This document shows positions 40,531-52,283 of a DNA stretch of 64,000 bases, one piece after another; the first letter of the stretch is position 1; each line of letters begins with the position of its first letter. A program made the position numbers and the translations under genes. The notes under the pieces are model-generated. The model was not told the origin of the DNA, did not search any database, and saw nothing but the letters and a program-made list of their open reading frames with translations. The stretch comes from Camelus ferus (Eukaryota): positions 114,268,001 through 114,332,000 of the forward strand of contig NC_045696.1 of assembly GCF_009834535.1 (NCBI RefSeq), in the 5' to 3' direction.

Positions 40531-40807
40531 CTAAACTTCGCTTGATGATAATGGCAACAGTAGGGCTTTATTTCCACGTTATACACAGGGGGGCACTCTG
40601 GGTTCAGTTCGCAAAGAAAAAAGATGAAAAATTCTGGGACTAACTTCCTTCCTTCTGGAAGTTTCAACTTGGCCCAGAATACTTAACTGGGAGTGGGAAT
40701 GACCCGGCAGCCAACTCTTCCCGTGTAAGGTCTTATTAATTTCTATTCACCTCTCCTTTTGCAACACAGGTTGTCAGGTGGTGAAAGCCATTATTTACGG
40801 TATTGAG
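40531..40807 (-). pseudogene. Decayed first coding exon (RGSL1/RGS22-like N-terminus)
   Basis: Acceptor gcctttgttag|, strong-Kozak ATAATGG (ATG at 40791-40789), peptide LVPEFFIFFLCELNPECPPVYNVE (resembles RGSL1 FFNTFLSLPVFGQTPFYTVE as recalled), donor TTTAG|gtacga. Confidence 0.65.
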
Positions 40808-41522
40808 CTAACAAAGGCGTTAAGTCAGGCATATTAAAGCTTGTAGGTAGTTTGAGTGAGATGGAAATGTCATTGAAACCACTTAGAATCTGCGCAGTGA
40901 GTTTACATCCCCCAAACGGGGGTTCCAACCCTTGTATTCCAAATCATTTAGTTGTCTTGGGCCAGCGCTCTGTTTCTTCATCTCCTTAAAAGTGACTAGT
41001 ATCTGTCTTAAGCTGCTTACATGTTTCGGGGATGGGGGGTAAATTACATGATTTAAAGCCTTCTGCCAAATACAAACTTGTTTCAGACTCATGGAATAAT
41101 TACAATTATGGTGCTCACAATAATTTAGTATATTTAACTGCATAGCATTTACTTAATTCTACTTTCTTTTCCCCCACTAAAATAGCGGCACTAACAGTGG
41201 TGGTGGGGGCGGGCTGGGTGGCTGAGTCACCTGCGGGGCACTCATTTTGATAATGTACTTTCCTCTCCTCCCTGTCCCAGCAAGACATCAATGGCACCCT
41301 CAAATCGGGTGCCTTGAGAAGAGCTTAATCAAGGGGTATGCAGGAGTCAGGGAAGAGCAGTGCAGCGCCCCGAGGCGAGCAGCTGTGGGGTGACCACGTG
41401 CACCTCTGCACAAGAAGGGCAGGCGGGGAGCTCTACAGAGACGGCTGCCCATGGAACTGCAGGCGGAGGAGTCAAGGTGTGGGATTCAAACTGCAAACTG
41501 GGGATGAGGTAGCAGCCAATAC

Positions 41523-41690
41523 CTGACTTCACTATCACCCCCTTTCCAGTCTCCTGCCACTGTCCCCGCTTGACTAAAACCAAACCATCTGGAAGCCACA
41601 GGCAGCAAGGGCGCCCTTTGACGAGCTGCGCGTGGGTCAGCCCGGAGCCCCGGAGAAGGGAGGGCGTGGCGCGGCCCAGACGAGCAAACG
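41523..41690 (-). pseudogene. Putative non-coding first exon of the RGS-like locus
   Basis: Donor GAAGTCAG|gtattgg at 41523/41522, directly downstream (minus strand) of the X-box. The start is a guess. Confidence 0.45.
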
Positions 41691-41730
41691 GAAGACATCC
41701 TGTTGCCCTGGCAACGCCCACCCCCAGGAA
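41590..41730. promoter_or_regulatory. Small CpG-rich promoter with RFX X-box, ETS site and Sp/KLF GC box
   Basis: GTTGCCCTGGCAAC (41702-41715, perfect GTTGCC-N2-GGCAAC), ACGGAAG (41688-41694), GGGCGTGGC (41662-41670) and CCACCC (~41717-41722). This is the only dense CpG cluster in the window. Confidence 0.75.
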
Positions 41731-41913
41731 TAAAATCACATGAAGACCTTGTGTTTCTGATGGGATCCTGCCTTCTGAGACTCGACGCTACAATTTGCCA
41801 TGTGGTCATTTCTGCTCTCTGCGGCGGACAGGGAACCAGCAATATTAAATAAAATTTCTGACATTCTCCCTGCATGCATTTCCTAAAGAATAGTGAATTT
41901 ATAAACAAAACTA

Positions 41914-42065
41914 GGGGGAGGGCATAGCTCAATGGTAGAGCATGTTCTTAGCATGCATGAGGTCCTGGGTTCAATCCCCGGTACCTCCATTAAAAATAAA
42001 TAAACAGATAATCATACCCCCCCCCTCAAAACAAACAAACAAACAAAAAACACACACACAAAAAC
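41914..42065 (+). mobile_element. Vic-1-type tRNA SINE
   Basis: gggggagggcatagctcaatggtagagcatg..gggttcaatccccggtacctcc; aaaacta on both flanks. Confidence 0.9.
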
Positions 42066-42639
42066 TAAACTAAAAAACCCAGAAGACGGCAGCTAATCTA
42101 CTAAATTTTGCCGTTTGTTCTAATCAAGCAGTCTTACCTATGCTGTTCTCTCATAAATCTTGGCACCAATACATGTTCCTGTCTTCAGATAACAGTTAAA
42201 AAAGAAAAATATTTAAAAAAATTAATAGATGGTAGACCTTATGCAGAGAAATCATGAATCTCGATTTTATTTTCATGCTAGAAAAGGAGAAAGTTCAGAA
42301 AGAAGCACATATACAAGTATATGTATTTTCTTTACATTTTGGGGAGGATATTTGTAATTTATTTTGATTCATCCTTCTTTGCACTTTATATTAAGATAAT
42401 GTTTCTTCCCACTTTTTTGATTTGTTTGTTGTCTTCTCCTTGTTTGTGAACCACTTGCATTTTTCAATGACATGGTGATAATAATAATATTTACCAATGC
42501 TAAAAATACTGTATTATATGATTAACTTATATTCTTTAAATTTTACTATAATGCTAAAAATACACCAAATTATTAATGTCATTTAAATGTTGGGTAAATT
42601 AAAGCTTAGGGAACATAAACTTATCTCCAAGGTGGATTT

Positions 42640-42870
42640 TTTTTTTTTTTTTTTTACTTGCGGTGAAAAAAACACATAACATGAGAGCTAATTTCTTACC
42701 AGATGTTCAAGTGTATGGTGAATAGTATGGTTAACTATAAATAGCACAATGTACTAAACTGGATCTCTAGGACTTTTTCATCTCACATGACAAACTTTGT
42801 ACCCACTGAACTGCATCCCCCTCCCCTCTCCCCCAGCCACTGGCCACCTTTCCACTTTCTGTTTCCCTGC
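42640..42870 (-). mobile_element. Old L1 3' end fragment
   Basis: Poly-T, gtgaaaaaaacacataacatgag..gatctctaggactttttcatct..ccagccactggc. Confidence 0.6.
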
Positions 42871-43310
42871 TCCTAAATTCGTTTCCCTTCATTTACAGTC
42901 TGCTTTCAATACCTAACTTAAAGTTCGTAGGCTCTGAAATGCGTTGTAAAGAATTTGGAACACTGACCTAGCATTTAATTGTAAACTGTTCTCTGCATGA
43001 ATCATACTACTGTAATAACCAGTTTTTAAGAAGTGAAATAGTTCAAGTGTTCAGAAAATATGAGAAACACCCATTTATCCATCACCTGTGGCTTTATCAA
43101 ACCTTAATGTTTTGCCATATTTGACTCAGATATTTTTATAAACCAAAATGAAGGTCCTAGATACAGTTCTCTTTGCTAGCCTGCTTTCCTTCCATCTCTA
43201 GAAATCAGTACTGTTCTGAATTCAATGTTTGTGAGTCACACGTGTTTCAAAGATTTAACCAGGGCCAGCTTTACACATATGATCATGTTTAGAAGGGTCT
43301 TGTGCATTTT

Positions 43311-43430
43311 GGGGGGGGGGTAGCTAATTAGCTTTATTTATTTATTATTTTTATGGAGGGACTGGGTATTGAACCCAGGACCTCATGCATGCTAGGCACG
43401 CACTCTGCTGAGCTGTACCCTTCTTGCCCC
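43311..43430 (-). mobile_element. Vic-1-type tRNA SINE
   Basis: gggtattgaacccaggacctcatgcatgctaggcacgcactctgctgagctgtaccc. Confidence 0.88.
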
Positions 43431-43480
43431 CGTGCTTCTTTTAATGCTCTTATTTTTGAACAAGGCAAGTGGCCCCTGTT

Positions 43481-43968
43481 TTGTAAGATTTAAAGATTCT
43501 TTTGCTGGTGGGATACACCACACAGGACTCTCAGATGGAAGGCAGAACTCTTTCTTACAGCCACAGATGGGAGAAGACTGCCCATCGGGGCCACACAGAA
43601 GGTTGCCCTCTGATAGGGTAACAGTGGCCTGCAGGTGTTCACTGTAACAGCGTATGTAAGGCGGGCTGGCGATGGGGTGAGCTAGGTTTCCTCCTGACCC
43701 TGTGGATTGGCTAATTTTAATAATTTCACAGGCTACGGGGCAAAGGGGCTGCCTCTCGTGGTCTGGTCGTTGGCCCTGGAGTGTGGGGTCCCTGATAAGG
43801 GAGGTGGTTGAGTGTGTGCATAGTGGCTCCAGAAAGTGAGACTCCGACAAGGGAAGTGGTTGAGGTGGGGGTTTAGCAAACTGCTGGTAAGGGAAATTGA
43901 GGTTTTCAGACACAACTTCAAAACTAGGTCAAGACAGCCCTTGTGAAATACTGTATTACAGCCCCACA
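43481..43968 (-). mobile_element. ERV solo LTR
   Basis: TGT...ACA termini, GC-richer, with CCAAT-like (gattggct) and LTR-like organisation on the minus strand. Family not identified. Confidence 0.55.
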
Positions 43969-44764
43969 TTGTCATTTTGCACTAAGCCCTACAAATTATG
44001 TAGCCAGTCCTGATTTTAACTATATATTTATCCATAAGCATTGGGTAGCGCTGTTTTGCATGCATTTGGATTTTCATGAACAGTTAGATTGTTTCGATTT
44101 CTTTTTTTTTTTTTTTGCTTCAGTTTGTTTCAATGTTTTAAAATAAATGATGCCACAATAAAATTCTTGAAGATAACTTCTTGTATACAATTGTTTCTTT
44201 AGGGAATACAGCCATGAAGACAATTGCTTGGCACAGAGTATTACCTATTTGATGTTTATAATCTGATGTCCCCATGATCCTCACACTTCTTTAAACCTTG
44301 GTTCTGCAGTTAAATTTACTTAATGTACACTGTCGGTCATTTTGCCATGGTTTCCCCAGTCATCTCTCGGTTGGCTAAAATTTATTGTCTAGATGTTACT
44401 TTCAGAAGGGCTCACGAGAAAAACATTCCCTGAGTTACATGTGCAACACTGTATTTCTGTAGGCTTTGTTCAGAAAGACAGCGTGGCTGTCTAAAAGATC
44501 CTCTGCTCATGCTTTTCTTGTTGAAGGTCTTCTAGAAGTTGCTCTGCTGTCTTTGGCTTTGAATGATGTTGTAGAAAAATCTGATTGGAGGCTTGTTTTT
44601 TCCCCTTAGAGGTATCTAGGTCAATTTGCCTGACAAAGTGGTTTCTTTAAAACTTCAAATTCCAATAATTTGGCTAGGATTTTTCTTGGTCCTAACTATC
44701 TTGGGTAAGTTTTCTCAGACATGCAGTATGCCATTTCAATATGGAAGGCCAACTTTCAATACAG

Positions 44765-45025
44765 AAAGCATCCAAGGATGCTCAAGTCCTTTATATAAAA
44801 TGGTGTAGTATTTGCATGTAACCTACACATCCTCCCTTATACTCGAAATCATCTCTAGATGACTTACAATACCTAATACAACGTATATGTTATATCGTTA
44901 TTGGGGTGTGGCAATTCAAGTGTTGCTTTTTGAAACTTTTTGGAATTTTTTCCCCTAATATTTTTGATCCACAGTTGGCTGAATCTGTGGGAGCAGTACC
45001 CAAGGATATGGAGGGCTGATTGTAT
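44765..45025. mobile_element. MER2 (Tigger) fragment within old L1M-like sequence
   Basis: gatgctcaagtcctttatataaaatggtgtagtatttgcat..atttttgatccacagttggctgaatc..ggagggctgattgta. Confidence 0.85.
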
Positions 45026-47222
45026 ATTTACGGTCGAAAAATTTGCCTGTTTTTTATTTCATTTTACAATTTCTCCTTCTTCCTTTTAAACTCTTGTTTG
45101 TCTTGTTTCGACTATTCTACTATCCATAATTGATATTAATCACTGTTTCCCCCTCCATAATATTTACTCTCTCTTACAGTCATTTAAATTTAGCTCTCAT
45201 TCATATAATGCCTTTATTCTTTTAACTTTTCCCTTGAGTTCTCACAATATTCAACTCATCTCATTCCTTTGCTCAACAATTCCTCTTATTTTCTGTTCTC
45301 TAAGTTTCTGCATTTCTGCCTCATGGGCTTACTTTTTAGAGATAAATAGCTTTAAAAAATTTATGGCAAAAATACTTGGTCACTATTTTCCTCTCTTCTG
45401 TAACAACCTTTCCCTGGTGGATGTTTTTGTCTGGTAAGCGTTGCTACTTTTCCCCACCATTTTTCTTGTCATATTGGTGTATTGAGGTTGTACCAATTTT
45501 TTACTACTCTTTCAAGGAAGAATGAGTTGCACTTTCCTGGTCTGGCTATTTATAGGCATTCCTTTTAGGAAGATCATTTATCCTGGTGTGTCAGGAGGTA
45601 TTTGGGCCTCTGATTATTTCACTGCTCTTTCTGAGTCTTCTTTGTATTTGTCTCCTTTCTCTGTCTCCTACCTGTCTTCCTTACATCCTTCGGCAATTGA
45701 AAAATATGTAGGTTTCACTTCAGGGCAAACCCTTTCTCCAGAAAGGATATGTGTGTGTGTATGTGGCATTTTCTGAGATCTCCTGCCATGAAGCTGACTC
45801 TCTACTTCTTGACACACCTCTAGGAATTTTCTCACCTTTTTTTTTTGCCTACATTGACTCCAATCACTATTTCAAAGAGATTAGAAAGATACATTAGTAT
45901 TTCCTTTATAATGGATTGCTTGTGTTTCTTTTTTATTTATTTAATTTTTTGTTTTAAATTAATGTTCTATGGAATTAATTTTTCATTGTTCATCATTTGA
46001 AAAGTCTCTTTCTCGCAACTTGTTATGGATATTAATATGTGTATTTTTAGTGTTGTCAGATTTGGCAAAGCTCTTATCAAGTTTCTTTCATCTATGAGAG
46101 ACAAGTTGTAGAAGAGTGTGCCACAGACTGACTTCTGGCTTCTTACATTTTAATACTTGCTTTTCCTCCATAACTCCCGTCCATCTGGTGCTGGGCACTG
46201 TAGGAAGCATAGAAGCATTGACATCATGATGCAACTTTTTGTCTTCCAACTTTATGTCCTGATACTGAGTAAGTTCCCATGGTGGGCATTAGAATTCCAC
46301 TGGGGGATTAACTTTACTATCTCAGAATCATCTGTGAATCACACAAATAGATCCCACTAAATCCAAACCAAATATTTCCCCAACTCCACTCTTCCTTGGC
46401 TGGCCAGGTTGCCTAAGGCCACTCCCACATCACCCTACATTAAAGGAAACATCAAGGAGAGAAGTCAAAGTAGAAATATATAGTTAAAATATCTTATTTT
46501 TGTTACATAGTTAAAATGTCTTATTTTTGTAAGTTTTCAAAACATATATCCAACTGAACATATGGGGCCTTGAAGGTGGAGCACTGAAGTACTCATATTT
46601 GCCCCAGGGATGACGGAAGGGAGGGGTGTTTTCTTCATCATGTGGTTGCCAACACCGGGAGAAAAGTTGGAGGCATAAGCTGGTGGTCCCCATCGGGGTG
46701 GTGTCAGGAGTAATGGTAGTTTTTTGGCATATGAATGATTCCCAACCCTAGTTTTTAATGTCCATGTAGTTTTATCTCTACTCATACCATTTAATTCATT
46801 GGGAGCTACTTTGGTGGTGATGGTGGATGGGGGTGATTTGGGAGGTGATTTGGGAGGCGATGGCAGTGGGCAGTCAGGGGTGCACTTGAGTCACATGGCA
46901 CCTAGTCAGGGAGCCCTATATCCCTTCAGTTCCACTAAACTTTAAGCAAGTTCTCAAGAGAAGAAATTATGTGTCATATAATTTTATATTAACCATAGTT
47001 CCTTGCAGAAATAAAAGTCACTGAATAATTATTTGTTGCTTTATTATTGGCTTATATTTATTTTTGAGTTGTTAATCAAGGGAATACACATAGATACCTA
47101 ACGCACTCACAGACATTCTCAAAAGTACAGCACATCTTTTGACTAGCATCTTACTTCACCAGTGAGAAGTGTTGATCACTTTTTATCTCATATTTATTTA
47201 GCATAATTTCTTTTAAAATGTA

Positions 47223-47421
47223 TGGGATTTCAAAATTGTAGAATAGATAAACAAGATTATATTGTATAGTACAGGGAAATATATACAAGATCTTATGGTA
47301 GCTCACAGAGAAAGAAATGTGACACTGAATGTATATATATGTTCATGTATAACTGAAAAATTGTGATCTACACTGGAATTTGACACAACATTGTAAAATG
47401 ATTATAAATCAATAAAATATG
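47223..47421 (+). mobile_element. Young L1 3' end with near-TSD (tttaaaa[a]tgta)
   Basis: gggatttcaaaattgtagaatagataaacaagattata..aataaaatatg. Confidence 0.9.
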
Positions 47422-48209
47422 TTTAAAAATGTAATAAAGTGACATGAAATGCTGGGATGCATTCCTTTCCTTCCCCAATACATATAGATACTCTGATGAA
47501 AAAAATAAGCTATCTTTTAATTACATGGACATGTGACTTACATACACTGATTTTGGGGGGGGGGGGTGATACAAAGCATGAGGAATATCAGTGCCCTTGG
47601 ACAGAGTTAATGCCATCCAGGGTAGAACTAATCTTGTATCAAAGAAGCATCCAGTATGCATTTTTTATACTAATATGATTGGATCTAAGAACATCCACCA
47701 ATCATTGGCACACACTTTTCTGGTAGAACTAGGAAACAACAATTTTTAAATTCCTACAGGTATTGAACTATTTTGGCCCAGGTTTATTAATGAAGCCCAA
47801 AGTAGTGGCATAAAAAGTTATCAAATATATCTTGGCCTTGAAAGTCAATCGTTAATGATTTATGTGATTAATAACAAGTCCAGGGTTGGGTTGGGTGTCA
47901 TGGGAGGAGAGATGTGTCTTTGCTCTGAAGGAGTCTGTAGTCCAGCCTCGTATATCTCAGTGGGTAGTGTTCTTAACTACTAGAGATTGTGAAATCAAAT
48001 TGGTGGGTCACATCCAGATTGGAAATAACAGAATAGAAAATATCAGATTGCATTTTAGATCATAACAGACAGTATCATTTTATATTACTTGTGACTGTAA
48101 AATATTTGTTTCCTGAGCTTGCTGTCAAAAACATTTGAAAACCATTGACTTCTAGGTGCAAAAAAATTTACAAATGTACTAGGAACATTTAGCCACATGA
48201 TAGTAATTG

Positions 48210-49230
48210 ATTGCCTCACAGTTCTGGAGGCTGGAAGTCCAAGCTCAAGGTGTTGGCAAAACTTTGGATAAAATTCAACATTCATTTATGATTAAAAACT
48301 CTCCAGAAAGTGGGCATAGAGGGAACATACCTCAATGTAATAAAGGCCATACATGACACACCCATAGCTAACATCATTCTCAATGGTGAAAAGCTGAAAA
48401 TATTTCCTCTAAGGTCAGGAAAAAGACCAGGATGCCCACTCTCACCACTTTCATTTGACATGATTTTGGAAGTCCTAGTCACAGCAATCGGAGAAGAAAA
48501 AGAAATAAAAGGAATCCAGATTGGAAAAGGAGAAGTAAAATTGCCACTCTTTGCAGATGACATGACACTATACATAGAAAATCCTAAAGACGCTACCAGA
48601 AAATTAGAGCTCATCAATCAATGAATTTGGTAAAGTTGCAGGGTACAAAGCTAATACACAGAAATCAGTTGCATTTCTACACACTAACAATGAAATATTA
48701 GAAAAAGAAAATAATCCCATTTACCTTAAGAATAAAATACCTACAAATAAACCTACTGGGGGGAGGGGCTGGGCAAAAGACCCGTACTCTGAAAACTATA
48801 AGACACTGTTGAAAGAAACTGAAGAGGGCACAAACAGATGGAAAGATGAACCATGTTCTTCGATTGGAAGAATCAACATTGTTAAAACGACTCCTTCTGA
48901 GGGCTGCTGTGGGGAACCTGTCCCGTGCCTGATGCCTGGATTCTGGGAGCTTGCTGCGGGCTGTGGTAGTCCTTGGTCCCTCCAGTCTCAGCTTTCATCT
49001 TCACAGGACATTCTCCCTGTTACATGTCTGTCTCTGTGTCCAAATTTTCTCTTTTTATAAGGACACCAGTCATATCGGATTAGGGTCCACCCTCATGACC
49101 TCATTTAACATGATTACTTCTGAAAAGAAGTAATCCTTTCTCCAAATAAGGTCACATTCTGCGGTGTGTAGGGTTAGGGTGTCCATGTATCTTTTTTCTT
49201 TTGGGGGGGGGACACAAGTCCACCCATAAT
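48210..49230 (-). mobile_element. MLT1 LTR interrupted by L1 ORF2 fragment
   Basis: tcacagttctggaggctggaagtccaag (48216-48258) resumes at ctccttctgagggctg..tccaaataaggtcacattctg (48890-49230). Confidence 0.8.
48260..48890 (+). mobile_element. L1 ORF2 RT fragment
   Basis: [51 protein letters not shown]. Confidence 0.95.
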
Positions 49231-50454
49231 AATCAAGATGACCACCACTTAAAATATGTACGTGCTAGTCCTTGTACTAAGCCCTTACCAGTCTTTACAA
49301 CCATGATGATTAGTAAATTTATTACATCGATTTCACAGACTAATGGAGGTTCTGAGAGATTCATTGTTAGGATTTAGGTCTGTTTTCCTTAAAAGCCTGT
49401 GTTCTTTCCATTCTGCTTGTTGATTCCTGGGAGGCCGGGGCTGGCAGGGGTCTCAGCGGCCATCTGGTACCATCCCCTCTCTTCATGTGTAGTGGGCCAA
49501 AAGATAAAAATGGCTCTATTTGTTAAAATCTGGTGTATTTTCTACATTCCCGAGAAGCAGTGAAATTTATCTGTGGGGAATGACCATCTTTTTTACTTTG
49601 AGAAACTGGACTGGTCCACAAATACTTTTTTCCCCACTGTCCCCCAAAAGGTGGGAAAACTTGGGAGCCCTTGGGGTGTATGTAGAGGAAGAAACTAAAG
49701 CATGGAGATGCCAAGTTTCTCGCCCATGGTTCTAGTCCCCAGATAACATTCGTGTGATATGGTTTAAACTCCAACAGCAATATGAATGAGAAAGAGAAAG
49801 AGAGAAAGAAAAAGGAGGAGGAGGGGAGGGGAAAGAGGAGGAAGGGAAGAAGGGGAAAGAGACTGAATCCAGGCTGCTTATTAGCAAGCTTCAGCCAAAG
49901 GACAGCTTAGCCCAATGAGCTGAGTATATATATATATGTGTCTTTTAAAAGACAAATGTGAAATATATTTTTATTATTAAACTTCTATTGCTATACAAAT
50001 CTCCTTTCTCCTTGGTTAGTATGAAAAGCAGATAGCTGGTAGTTCTTTGCATAAAATATAGCTGGAATGTGAGAAATTTTGCTAGTGTATGATAAAGAAA
50101 TAATAGTTTGATTTTGAATGCCTATTTTCCATTGCCAAGAAAAAAGAGAAATGAATGAAGGACTATGATCTGATAGCCAGCAAGTGTGACTGTAGGAAGG
50201 GGCTGGGTTCTACAGTCAGACTTATCTTTGCATTCCTTAGCAGTTTGAACTTGGGCAAATTAACTTCCTTGAATTTTTGTTTCATTGACTTAGACATTGG
50301 CGATTATCATAATACAATCTACTGCAGAGCAATGTTGATTAATTAAAAAAGATAACTCATGTAAAAGTGGCTAACATAGAGCCCAGAGTATATGCATTCC
50401 TTTATCTGTAGGTCTGGTTTTAGACCTGATTATCCAATTTTCAGTGGCTGCCAC

Positions 50455-51940
50455 TCATTGACTCATTCAATAAATGTTTGCTGAGCTCCTGTTTTAGGCA
50501 GGGCACTATTTTTGGCACTGAGTGTTCAGTGGGGACAAAGACAGGCAAGGTCTCTAGTCTTTTTATAAGGTGGAAAGGCAGACAATAAGCCACTGAATAA
50601 ATAAACAATAAAAACTATCAGATAGGTGCAACTATTATGGAAAACAGTATGGAGATTCCTCAAAAAACTAAAAATAGACATATGATCCAGTAATCCCACT
50701 TCAGGGCATATATCTGAAGGGAACTCTAATTTGAAAAGATACATGCACCCCAGTATTCATAGCAGCACTATTTACAATAGCCATGACATGGAAACAACCT
50801 AAATGCTCATTGACAAATGATTGGATAAAGAAGCTGTATATACAATGGAATACTACTCAGCCCTAAAAAGGAATAAAATAATGCCATTTGCAGCAACATG
50901 GATGGACCTGGAGAATGCCATTCTAAGTGAAGTAAGCCAGAAAGAGAGAGAAAAAGACCATATGATATCACTTACATGTGGAATTTAATAAAAGACAAAT
51001 GAACTTATTTACAAAACAGAAACAGACATCCAGACATAGTAAATAATCTTGTGCTTGCCCAGGAGGAAGGGATAGGAAGGGATAAAATTGGGAGCTCGAG
51101 ATTTGCAAATATTAACTACTATATATAAAAATAGATTTAAAAAACAAGTTTCTTCTGTATAGCACGGGGAACTATATTCAATATCTTGTAGTAGCCTTTA
51201 ATGAAAAAGAATATGAAAATGAATATATGTATGTATATGTACTACTGGTACACCAGAGATTGACACAGTGTAACTGACTATACTTCATTAAAAAAAAAAA
51301 CTATCAGATAATGATGACAGATTTGCAACAAGTTAAAATAAGGAGATACAATAAAACTTCCTGATATCTTCTTTATGTTGCATGGTCAGGGAAGGCATCT
51401 TTGAGGAGCAGACCCTTAAGCCAAGATTTGAGTGACAAGAAGGAGCTTCTGTTGTCCAGACCAGGAGTACAAGCAATCGAGGCAGAGGACAGAGTTAACA
51501 AGCACGAGGGCAGGGATGACCTGAGATAACTAGTGTGAAGAATGGAGAACTGGTAATTGAGGAGCAGCAGGAAAGTCAGGGGTGTTGGAGCATCATATGA
51601 GAGGAGACTGTTGTGGGAGAAGGATTTGGGAGGTAGGGCTGAAGGTGGAAAGTAGCACAGGGATTCCGAATATGTCTGGAGATTAACTGGGTGTGGGGAA
51701 AAAGAGAACCAAGGAGAACTCCTAGATTTTTGGTTTGAGCAACCACAAGGATGCTGGTATCATTCACTGAGATGGGGAGACCCAGGGGAGAAGCAGATTT
51801 TGAGGAAAAGTCAAGCATCATGCAGTATTTGAGATACTTACTTGCCATTCGAGGAGACTTTCAGTAGGAGACCCCTATTTCACAGGAGAGGTTATGAGTG
51901 TAGACTTGGGAGATAACAACATATAACGGACTTTAATGCT
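50455..51940 (-). mobile_element. L2 interrupted by L1
   Basis: cattcaataaatgtttgctgag.. resumes after the L1 with ggtcagggaaggc..ttttggtttgagcaac. Confidence 0.7.
50625..51296 (+). mobile_element. 5'-truncated L1 with TSD aaaactatcagata
   Basis: TSD at 50611-50624 and 51297-51310; poly-A tail. Confidence 0.92.
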
Positions 51941-52127
51941 ACTGCCTAGGAGACCTTCTTCCCAAAGCTGCAGTCAGCTAGCCTCCTTTGATACCTGCTC
52001 TCCCTCCATGTCTCACTCCACTGTTACATCAGGACTCTCAGCCAGTGATGCCTTCACCTTGCAAGAAGGACAAAATCTGGGTGCTTCAGATTCTGCCTTT
52101 TTTTCCTAACAGAATCTCCATTTCTGT

Positions 52128-52131
52128 TTTT

Positions 52132-52227
<96 letters not shown>

Positions 52228-52251
52228 TCTTGCTTTCTTGCTTTTTCTTCC

Positions 52252-52281
<30 letters not shown>
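52128..52281. repeat. Compound (CTTT)n(GCTT)n..(CT)n(T)n microsatellite
   Basis: Read directly from the sequence. Confidence 0.95.

Positions 52282-52283
<2 letters not shown>

Larger units (their letters stand above)
12740..41715 (-). pseudogene. Unprocessed multi-exon pseudogene of an RGS22/RGSL1-like multi-RGS-domain protein
   Basis: At least 13 non-repeat segments with minus-strand AG/GT boundaries. Stop/frameshift-interrupted translations carry RGS-domain motifs in the same order as RGSL1/RGS22 (compared by eye from memory). Splice phases are compatible at 29820/28705 and 28541/27379. Promoter with X-box at the 5' end. 3' end uncertain. Confidence 0.72.

Noticed and set aside
40883..40985. 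Exon-like segment with acceptor ttttaag|GAGATGAAGAAACAG
   Set aside because: Resembles a degraded MIR core; no family motif and no convincing donor.
41347..41932. 130-aa and 148-aa minus-strand ORFs over the promoter
   Set aside because: GC-rich promoter sequence lacks stops by composition; one ORF starts inside a SINE.
43392..43913. 173-aa minus-strand ORF
   Set aside because: Lies within an LTR and runs into a SINE; no gag/pol/env motifs.
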